From Octopus sinensis (Eukaryota): 64,000 bases of DNA. The stretch lies in contig NC_043004.1 of the NCBI RefSeq assembly GCF_006345805.1, positions 73,222,001-73,286,000 on the forward strand, given 5' to 3'. How positions within the stretch are numbered: the stretch's first letter is position 1; every line of letters starts with the position of its first letter. The position numbers were made by a program, and so were the translations under genes. The notes beneath the pieces were generated by a model that saw nothing but the letters and a program-made list of their open reading frames with translations, made no database searches and was not told the DNA's origin. Of the stretch, positions 53,761 to 64,000 are shown in pieces.

Positions 53761-54142
53761 GGCGCAGGAGTGGCCGTCTGGTAAGTAGCTTGCTTACCAA
53801 CCACATGGTTCTGGGTTCAGTCTCACCGTGTGACACCTTGGGCAAGTGTCTTCTACTATAGCCTCGGGCCGATCAAAGCCTTGTGAGAGCATTTGGTAGA
53901 TGGAAACTGAAAGAAGCCCGTCGTATATATGTATATGTGTGTGTTTGTGTGTCCCTTCAACATCGCTTGACAACCGATGCTGATGTGTTTACGTCCCCGT
54001 AACTTAGCGGTTCGGCAAAAGAGACCGATAGAATAAGTACTAGGCTTACAAAGAATAAGTCCTGTGGTCGATTTGCTCGACTAAAGGCAGTGCTCCAGTA
54101 TGGCCGCTGTCAAATGACTGAAACAAGAAAAAGAGTAAAAGA
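53761..54142 (+). mobile_element. SINE family A, full length, little diverged
   Basis: GGCGCAGGAGTGGCCGTCTGGTAAGTAGCTTGCTTACCAACCACATGGTTCTGGGTTCAGTC..GACACCTTGGGCAAGTGTCTT..AAGAGTAAAAGAGT. Confidence 0.92.
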
Positions 54143-54704
54143 GTATGTTTTAGCAGGTCAAGCATTGGCTCAACGATAATGGTGCTTATGATGATGGTGG
54201 GAGTGGTGGTAACTCCAGTGATGGGCAGTGTTCGGCGGCGGAGGATGGTAGTATATGTGGTGGTGTTGACGATGATGGTTGTGATGATTGAGGTACTGGT
54301 GGTGGTGGTGGTGATAGAGCTGGTAGTGGTGATGGCGGTGACGGCGTTATCATAATCATGTTAAGTGATTCAACAGAATCCTGTGTTATATGTGGCTGTT
54401 TGTATTTGCACACGTGATGTCTGTATGTGTTTATGTGTCACTGAGATGTGTTTGAATGTGTACTGCGTATATGTATATGGATGAATACGAATTTGTGTAC
54501 ATGTATGCGTGTGTATGTGTGTATGTATGCATGTATGTATATATGTATTTGTGTATGCATGTAAGCATGTATGTGTGTAACACATACACACAAACACACA
54601 TACGCGCACACACACAAACACACACATAACTAAAGAAAAGTACCCGAAATTAATGGTTCTCACACGCCATCGATACTCCAAGTTTCTAGCACTTTATTAT
54701 CTCT

Positions 54705-54914
54705 CTTTTACTCTTTTACTTGTTTCTATCATTTGACTGCGGCCATGCTGGAGCACTGCCTTTAGTCGAGCAAATCGACCCCAGGACTTATTCTTCGTAA
54801 ACCTAGTACTTATTCTATCGGTCTGTTTTGCCGAACCGCTAATGTTACGGGGATGTAAACACACCACCATCGGTTGTCAAGCGATGTCGGAGGTACAAAC
54901 ACAGACACACAAAT

Positions 54915-54953
<39 letters not shown>

Positions 54954-55123
54954 CATATATACGACAGGCTTCTATTATTTTCCGTCTACCAAATTCACTC
55001 ACAAGGCTTTGGTCAGCCTGAGGCTATAGTAGAAGACACGTGCCCAAGGTGCCACGCAGTGGGAATGAACCCAGAACCATGTGTTGGTAAGCAAGCTACA
55101 TACCATACAGCCACTCCTGCGCC
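54705..55123 (-). mobile_element. SINE family A, full length, inverted relative to the 53761 copy
   Basis: Reverse complement of the family A consensus motifs; ~560 bp from the plus-strand copy. Confidence 0.92.
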
Positions 55124-55931
55124 TATCTAACGAGAAATTTCGTGTAGCGTCGGAATGTAGCATCAACTCCGAGTATAGGCCGATACAACATAATAGTGAT
55201 GCGGCAGGCTTTATCATTAGAATGCTGAGACTTGGAACAGAAATCTGAAGGTATCCATCTTACGCATTAACAGTCGTATCAGTACACAGTCTTGTACAAT
55301 TAATTATTTAAGGATTAAGGGTAAAGACCCTCTTCGGTCATAAATGAGAATGGGGTTGCAAGGTTGTTTATGGGTGATCAGCAGTCGCCCATTCATACCT
55401 GTCTTCCCTCACCGCGCCACTGATGTTGTCCAAGGGAAAAGCAAAGACCCATACAGCTTCGCACCAGTGATGTTGCAACTCATTTCTAAAGATGAGTGAA
55501 CTGGAGCAACGTGAAATAAAGTGTCTTGCTTAAGAACACAACATACAAACCAGTTCGAGAATCGAACTCACTACCCCACGATTTTAAACCCGATGCTCTA
55601 ACCACTGAGCCATGCGCTTTCACACAATCACCTAAGGACATATATTTTTACTGACACCGAATGAATAAAAAGTAAAGTCGATCCTTTATGGATTTTGAAC
55701 GGAATTAGTTTACTCACGTGTATGCTAAGTACCATTTTGATGTATATCTATAAGCTGCCGTCGCTTGGTGGACAGTGGGCTTATTCAGACACTGACGATG
55801 TCTAATGAAACTATGGGAATTGTTCTCCTGTCTACGATGTTTTACCGAGGATATGGGGTACATAGTCAAAATACATCACAAGCCAACAGGACTCTATATG
55901 CTATAAAAATTCAAAAAATAAATTCCTTTAT

Positions 55932-56480
55932 AGGTACTGGCATGGCTGTGCGGCTTGTGAGCTCGCTTTGCATTCCCGTGGTTTCTGATCCAGTCCCATT
56001 AAGCAGCGCCCAGAGAAAATGTATTCTACTGACCAACACCTTATGTATGAATTTGGTCGACAGAGTTTATATGGAAGCCCATCATATGTATAAATATATG
56101 TATATTTTTATTAATATTTGGCGGAAGCAACAGAGTGACTCAAGGTCTGAGAGTTTCCTGCGTTGGCTCTTATGACTCTCGAACCTTGAGTCACTCTGTG
56201 GCTTTCGCTAAATATTAACAATTAGTCTTATTTTTCCTGTTTGCATCACCGTACCTATAAATATATGTATAAAGTTTTATGTGTGTATGTCTCTATGTCT
56301 GTGTTACTCCTTAACCGATTCTTGACAACTAGTATTGGTTTGTTTACGTCCCTGTAAATGAATGGTTCGGCAAGAGAGACCGATAGAATAAGTGTCAAAC
56401 TGAAAAAAAAAAAAAAGAACTGGAGTCAATTTAACCGGCTAAACCCTTCTAGGAGATGCCCCAGCAAGATAACAGATAAA
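55932..56480 (+). mobile_element. Diverged SINE family A interrupted by a 108-bp hairpin
   Basis: Head GGTACTGGCATGGCTGTGCGG..GGAAGCCCATCATATGT; tail TTGACAACTAGTATTGGTTTGTTTACGTCCCTGTAA..GAGACCGATAGAATAAGT. Confidence 0.7.
56111..56218. repeat. 108-bp palindromic element (44-bp arms, 20-nt loop)
   Basis: 56111-56154 vs reverse complement of 56175-56218: 39 of 44 identical. Confidence 0.95.
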
Positions 56481-57468
56481 CAGGATATGTGTGTATTCAC
56501 AATAGCACACATACACTAACACACTCAGGCGCTCGCATACACAAGCATGTAACAATATTCAAATTATGTCTTGCTAGTCGATAATATGCAAGAATTCCTC
56601 ATAAAATTACTGGAATCGATATAATCTACACTCACCCATCTACTTTCTTCCTTTGTGAAAGAAATCATCATTGTTTTAACAGTTTATATTTTGGTGTTTA
56701 TTCTGAACATTTGGGAGGCAGGAAACCGCTGACTCCAACTTATATAAAACATCCTTTAATATAAACCATTCCACTTTCGTATTCTTTGTTGTATTATTGT
56801 CTGGAATATATCAGCCTCTTCCCAGCTTAATCAAACTGTAACTTGAAAACATATCTTCATCTCAAGTGTAAGCTTGTACTTATTTTATCTTAATTTTGAA
56901 GAGTTCTTCTCGTACAGTCGCTGATTTCATTTTACGCTCGCTCCCTAAAGTAAGCGGAAACTTAATACACATGTTGACAAATAGATTGTAAATGGTAAAG
57001 ATTCCAAGGATATGTGCAGAATCTCAAAATGATTATCTGGCGGGCTGAGATTTCTCACAGAAATTACCAAAACGTATTCAGAATGAATCGGAAAGAAAAA
57101 TAAAGTAATGTTGATATTGTTGGCAATGTAAATAATTTTGTATTTTAGTCTTATACAAATTGTGCTTTATCTACTTTATTTGTAAAGTCAATGAGTTTCT
57201 CTTTTTTTATTGATTTATTTCGATGTATTTTTGTTTATGCGTTTTTCTCTCTTTTTAGAACTAGAAAGTTGCGGCACCTCCGTATAACTTACAAAATCAT
57301 TAATCTTTCTTTTTGTCAGTGAATTGCCGTGAAAATCTGCGGAATAGTTTAGCCTTTATTTCCAGTTTTTTATTTTGTTTTCGGAGCTCAGGAAATTGGA
57401 ATCTGAAGGTAAATTTGTAGACAGCTAGACACAAATAGGACAGACGATAACTGTGACAAAAATGAACT

Positions 57469-57513
<45 letters not shown>

Positions 57514-57714
57514 GTATGTTGGTGCAAACAGGAAAAATAAAACTCAAAATATGACCATATTTATATATTTATTAATATTTAGCAGAAGTAAAAGAGTGAA
57601 TCAAGGTCACTGAATTTCGTGTGTTGACACTTCTTAAAGGGTTTGATAAATGCCAACGCACGAAACTCTCGCACCTTGAGCCAGTCTAAATGTTTATACG
57701 TATGTATATATGTA

Positions 57715-57796
<82 letters not shown>

Positions 57797-57842
57797 TACA
57801 TATAGAGAGAGTTCTATATTTAAGAGATGGGGAATCATGTAC

Positions 57843-57927
57843 ATTATTTACATTTGACAGATATTTGTCCTCATCTTGTTTGTTGTTAAAACAAGATGAG
57901 GACAAATATCCATCAAAGGTAAATAAT
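57843..57927. repeat. 85-bp palindrome made from the repeat family at 9581
   Basis: 39-bp arms, 36 of 39 matching, inner 22 bp perfect, 7-nt loop GTTGTTA. Confidence 0.92.
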
Positions 57928-58070
57928 ATAAATATATATATATATATATATCAATAATAGTAAATGGTAAAATTAATTAATAATTGATAATAATAATTTA
58001 CCAAGTAGTTCGGTATGTTAAAAGAACCATTATCGGTAACCTATACAAAAATTCTTATAATTATGAGAAT

Positions 58071-58135
<65 letters not shown>

Positions 58136-58136
<1 letters not shown>

Positions 58137-60812
58137 TAGCATTATGACCGTCGTTGCCGGGTCATAGTGCTAGTGCATGTATATATGTGTACATATTACA
58201 TGTACTTCTATATATATACATCTACACATAAAATACAAAATACAAAGTTATATCTTGATATCGCTAGTGATAACAATACTCAAAATATATAACAGACTGG
58301 AATTGTAGGCCCATGTCTTGCAATTTCGATCAATTGTATCTTGTCCTCCCTCTTGTATAGAAGTGTGACTACAATCCAGCCTACTTCTACTTCGGGGGGG
58401 GGGCATTTTAAATTTTTATCCGGGACGTCCTACGTCCTAGATATAAAGGTAAAAATAAAATATTTCCACTTTGTAAGGTTCGAGTCGAGTACTCCTTTGC
58501 ACGCTCCTCTGACTCAAACCTTGCTTCTATTGTGGCGAATTTACCGCCTCTGGTTAGATATCTTTCATAGTCACACCAAGACACTTTTCGATGGTGCTTT
58601 CCTCCAGGTGTTCAAATCTTTATTTTTTCTCTATATTGTATACTTTATAGACAATAGTCTTTTCTTTAATTTAATTTTTTATTTCGTTTGGTGGTGTTAT
58701 CCTAGATTCACCGTCTTTGTCGGTGATCAATCCGTATTTCTTCCATTTTAATTTTAATGAGTTCGCGCCCGCCGACGGCTGCAACGAAATTCATTTTTGG
58801 ATTTTCTTCTATCGAAGGCATTCTAACAAAAATGCTTCCGTGTAAACGGTAAAAATGATGTAAATTTCCCCAAACAGGGACACATTTCAATTTTTAAACA
58901 ATAACCAAAGCTCCTTCTCCAAAAGGGGGAGGGTTACAGTTTACAATTATTTAACAAATGCAACACAACAAAGTTTCCTTTACGAGGAACCAACAAACGT
59001 GATAACAATAATTAAACAGTAATAATAATAACAACAAACCTTACGATGAGTCAGAAAGCAGTAAGCAGTTGAAGCTTTAATTCTTTAATGTATAAGATAT
59101 AAACCAACCGCAGTACTCTGTAGGAGCGGCTGTTCGAGAAAACAGATATTACATACAGCCAAACTTCATATAGATACTTAATGCTAGCTAATTAGCAGAT
59201 AATCTAATGTAAAAGCACAGCTCCATCTGGACTATTCCATTTCTGCACGTTAATTTTATTTTTTATTTATTCCCATTCATGTGAAACCACTGATTCAAGT
59301 TCAAGTCATTGATGCAATTTTATACCAATTGCTATTTTTACTTTTGTTATGTTACGATTATATTATACATTAGTTTGATTTTAATTATTACTTACTACAT
59401 ATAATTCAATTGTTATTATTACTTTTATTGTTAAAGTGAAAGCATCTGACATAAAATAGAGAAACGATTTTGTTTCACTTTTAATACGTAATACTGAAAT
59501 AGTGGAGAAGATATGATATTGCTATGTGCTCGCTCTAGGCAAGAAGTTGAACATGTTTTTTGCCGATGATACCCCCTGGACCCTAAGCAAGGCATGTGTA
59601 AAATTTGAATGAAATTGGTTGTGTAGTTCTCAAGTTTTAGGGAAACACACAGACAGACAGACACACATTCTCAATTTTATATATATATTAGCATTAAAGA
59701 CCCGTCGCTGCCGGGTCATAGTGCTAGTGCATGTATATATGTGTATATATATGTGTACATATTACATGTACATCTATATATATACATCTACACATAAAAT
59801 ACAAAATACAAAGTTATATCTTGATATCGCTAGTGATAACAATATTCAAAATATATAACAGACTGGAATTGTAGGCCCGTCTCTTGCAATTTCGATCAAT
59901 TGGATCTTGTCCTCCCTCTTGTATAGAAGTGTACGGCTGCAGCGAAATTTATCTTTGAACTTTCTTCTATCGAAGGCATTTTAACAAAAATGCTTCCGTA
60001 AAGACGGTGAAAATATTGTCAATTTTCCCAAACAGGGACACAATTTAATTTTTAAACAATAACCAAAGCTCCTTCTCCCAAAGAGAGAGGGTTACGGTTT
60101 ACAATTATTTAACAAATGCAACACAACAACGCTTCCCTTACGAGGAACCAACAAACGTGATAACAATAGTTAAACAGAAATAATAATAACAACAAAGCTT
60201 CCGGTAAACCAAAAAGCAGTACTCTGTTGAAGCTATAGGCCTTTATGGATCAGAAATAAACTAACAGCGGTACTCAGTAGAATGCTTAATGCTAGCTAAT
60301 TAGCAAATAATCTAATGTAAAAGCCGTGCACACCTCCATCTGGACTATTCCATTTCTGCACTTTTATTTTTATTTTTTATTTATTCCCATTCATGTGAAA
60401 CCACTGATTCAAGTTCAAGTCGTTGTTGCAATTTTATACCAATTGCTATATTTCTATTTTTGTTATGTTACGATTATTTTATACTTTAGTTTGATTTTAA
60501 TTATTGCTTACTACATATAATTCAATTGTTATTATTATTTTTATTGTTAAAGTGAAAGTATCTGACATAAAATAGAGAAACGTTTTTATTTCACTTTTAA
60601 CACGTAATACTGAAATAGTGGAGAAGATATGATATTGCTATGGGCTCGCTCTAGGCAAGAAGTTGAACATTTTTTTGCCGATGACACTCCCCGGACCCTA
60701 AGCAAGGCATGTGTAAAATTTGAATGAAATTGGTTGTGTAGTTCTCAAGTTTTAGGGAAACTCAGACAGACAGACAGATAGACGCACATTCTCAGTTTTA
60801 TATATATAAAGA
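58136..60812 (-). mobile_element. Non-autonomous Helitron, head-to-tail dimer
   Basis: Minus strand begins A|TC at 60812 and ends in a hairpin plus CTAG|T at 58136; unit 1 ~58136-59688, unit 2 ~59689-60812; (CTGT)n near the 5' end; unit 2 lacks 58367-58774. Confidence 0.8.
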
Positions 60813-61045
60813 TATATATATATAATCACTAAATTATTTTTTCTTATCAAGCCTGTATTAATTTAGAGATTCTTCTGTAGCTTAGGAGTATTTTGACTTC
60901 TACTTTTAGCGAAGCAGGTTCTTATGTCGTATCCTAGTATATATGAATATATTTATATATCTTATATATAGTTATTAATTTTGCTCATACGGCTTTTACG
61001 CTCACGGCCACTAACGTTATTAGTTTTAGGAATAATAATGTTCTC

Positions 61046-61083
<38 letters not shown>

Positions 61084-62782
61084 AGAGAGAGAGAGTGAGA
61101 GAGGGAAAGAGAGAGAGAAAGAGAGAGAGGGGCATGGATACTTTTTTACTCCTACCCTAATCCCCCACTCAAACTCTTCCCAAAAAGTTCAGACACTCTG
61201 CCAAAGTTGTAAAGGCAATCAGAAATCAGTAAGTCTCCTTACGTAAATGAATCGAGTGTTATGAAAACATATTTGTCTGAATGAGCTTATTCCCCGAAGG
61301 CGAAAAACGAAGCGAATAACATACCGATGTTCGAATCAACCGGAACGTATTCAGAATGATTATGTAAGTAATCGGTTTGAATCTCGTTGTTCATCGTTAA
61401 CATGTTATTATTTTATTGTTTGGTAGATAGCGCGCCTCAGTAAATTATTTGTTAAAGTTATAAACGAGACCCACAAACTCTTGTTAGATTAGTCTGAAGT
61501 ATCTTCATCTGAGGAGTGAAAACAATGTCGAAAAAAAAAAACCGAGTAACTCAAAGTCCCCTTATACTAATGAATCGAGTGTGTTATGGATACACACTCG
61601 TCTGAAAGGAGAAGTTGTTGCAAGTATTCTCTATTTTGCTATAAAGTGTCTCGAGCATTTGATGCTGCTACATCCAATTGCTGCAACACGTTGTTCGCGA
61701 CTCCTTCATTGTTCCGCACACCCAACACTCCTGAATGACTTGATATAGCTGGGCATGAAGCGTTTCTGTACAGCCGTTTTGGCCCCGCTTATTTGGTGTC
61801 ACTGATTCAACGTTGACTTATTTGGTACTAGGGACTTGTTAACACACTGAAAATTTTGTTTATATTCTAATTGACAACCGATTCGTAACCACAGCTACTA
61901 ACTATTCAATTACTAAACGGTTTTTAACTTTCTGAGTGAAGGTGTTGATGTAGATTATTTTAATTAGTTAATTGAAATCCATCCATCCGTCCGTCCGTCC
62001 GTTCGTCCGTCCGTCTGTCTGTCTGTCTGTCTGTGTGTCTCTCTACCTATCTATCCCTCTATCTATCTGTGTGTATCTTTATACATGCGCGTTAGTGTGT
62101 GCGTGTGTTTGCCACCAGTGCTAAAAAGTACTCTCGCCTAAATAGCTTCATGTCCAGTCAGCTATGCCAAATCGCCATCGTCCAATCAACTGCGCCCAAC
62201 CGCCTCATTCCGGATAAAGTCGTTGGGTGCGGCTTTCTTTCTTCTCTCTAAACACACACACACAATTACACAAATATAAACTCACAAGCCTCACAGATAC
62301 TAAGAAGTGCAACAAACAATAAAAATCAAATTTAGGCATAAGAAAGACATAAAATGAAGAATTACACAAACATTCCTGCGGTGTCTCACAACCAAAATAT
62401 CAACTCCATACTTGTATGTGCAGTTGAAGCTTATAATAATATTTTTTAAAAAAAGGTTAAAATGAAGACGAGGGCAAAGGAAAGATGAGGAGGAGGAGGA
62501 CGAGGAAGAGGAGGAGAAGCACAGCTGAAATATGAAATGTATTTTGAATAGGAATAGAAGCATGTTGGCGTTAAATTCAGTGTTAAGTATCCCGCACTTA
62601 AATTCTCTCTTTCTCTCTCTCTCTCACACACACACATAGACATACACACGCAGACAGACATAGACACACACACACACTACACACTCGAGTACGCACATAG
62701 ATACACACACTAAATACATATACATCCACGCTCACGAACATACACACACATAATGATACACAAACATATAATATATCTCTCT

Positions 62783-62844
<62 letters not shown>

Positions 62845-62965
62845 GTATGTCTGTCTGTCTGTCTGTCTATACGTTCGTACGTATATATATGTGTGTGTGT
62901 GTGTGGTGTGTGTGTGTGTGTGTGTGCGTGTGCGCGCGTTCGTGCGTGTGTGAGTGTGTATCTAA

Positions 62966-63014
62966 CTTGCCTGAAGAGCCTACGTTCGTTACAGGTGAAA
63001 CTCAGAGTATCAAG
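62966..63014 (+). ncRNA. Type I hammerhead ribozyme with canonical core
   Basis: CTTGC-CTGAAGA-GCCT-acgttcgttac-AGGT-GAAA-CTC-A-GAGT-A-TCAAG; GUA triplet, predicted cleavage after 63009; helix I 4 of 5 pairs; flanked by (GT)n on both sides. Confidence 0.75.
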
Positions 63015-64000
63015 AAACTGACTCGACCAGAATAATGTGTGTGTGTGTGTGTGTGTGACCTCATATGTTGAAACATATTTTCTTGTAACTTTGGAGGGTC
63101 ATTGTGCCAATAATAAACACACACATATTAGTTCCATTCTACCCCCTTTTACTGTTTATTTGTCAATTGCTCAACTCTGAAGCAGATCTGAAATAGAGAG
63201 GGGAATCATTAATGAGGTCGCGATCGGTAATGAAAAGACTTTGCCAAACTTGATCTATCATAGATTGATTAACCGAACAAATAATCAAGCAATCAAATAG
63301 TTAACCAATTGACAAATAAATAAATTAATAAATAACAAGGCAGTGAAATAGTACCTGTGCGTGTGTTTATTGCTGGCAAAATGACCTTCTCGAGGTATAA
63401 TAAAATATCCAGTACTTTTGTCGAAATTTGTAGAGCAGTTGATAAAGTTTGTGATAATGATCCTGAGTGGGAATGAATGTTATGGCATTGAAAGATGCGT
63501 GGACATGATGTTGAAACCCAACCATGACATCTTGGAAGAAAGAAGAAGAAAGTCGCTGCTCACAACACTCTATAGTAGTTCGTGATGAAGAAGAGAAAAG
63601 GAGTCCACAAAACATGACGACCATCAGACTCGAACATCCCATTGTCATATTAAATATTAGTGAAAGAATCAGACAACGGCACCAAGACGCAATCAAGCGA
63701 TGACATTCAAAAGTTTACCAAAAAGAAATGTAAAAAATTTCCGTTGTTTTATGTTTAAACATACATGAACCATATTTGAACGTTTAAAATATTTCGCTAA
63801 TTTATAAAAAAAAAAGTGCAGCGATGTAACTACAATTTAGTAAAATTTTAGTAAGTCCGGAGACGAATTTTACTTAACTATATTGTGACTGGGTCTTGTT
63901 TTCTGACTTCTCATTTTACATTGCGCTTCTAGTGGGAACATAAATCTAAAATAATTGAAACCACGTTTTGCTCTCCGGGTTAATAGACCATATATTATAG

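Noticed and set aside
61760-62230. Possible MITE with ~15-bp subterminal repeats (CTTATTTGGT twice; GCCAAATCG)
   Set aside because: End-to-end inverted match too weak to support by eye
63367-63696. 109-aa minus-strand ORF
   Set aside because: No family resemblance or splice context; length is expected by chance

Overview
Eukaryotic, AT-rich (roughly 35% GC by eye), microsatellite-saturated non-coding DNA with one 100-N scaffold gap (40007-40106). The tRNA-derived SINE families resemble those of octopod cephalopods (my recall, not a database result). I could not support any host protein-coding exon; nearly all ORF-track entries are translated (TA)n/(TG)n/(CAT)n repeats. Transposon relics that can be read from the sequence: a DD34D mariner transposase (3655-4659), two CR1-clade LINE 3' fragments, a Penelope-like GIY-YIG remnant, a HERO/R2-group RLE LINE remnant, a head-to-tail non-autonomous Helitron dimer, Tigger-like and mariner-like MITEs, and about 30 SINE copies from 3-4 families. 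The main unexplained signal is about a dozen type I hammerhead ribozyme motifs in several unrelated flanking families. Most have a self-complementary helix III, the dimer-forming form known from Penelope-like elements. Two sit in or at the loop of 340-410 bp fold-back elements (49127-49534, 51068-51405), and relatives of these families recur as shorter palindromes. Together these suggest a set of non-autonomous, ribozyme-bearing, dsRNA-forming retroelements. Also present: a cryptic 7-unit satellite hidden in GGT/GTT low-complexity DNA, a near-perfect 108-bp hairpin, and several local duplications. All folds and alignments were done by eye; none was computed.
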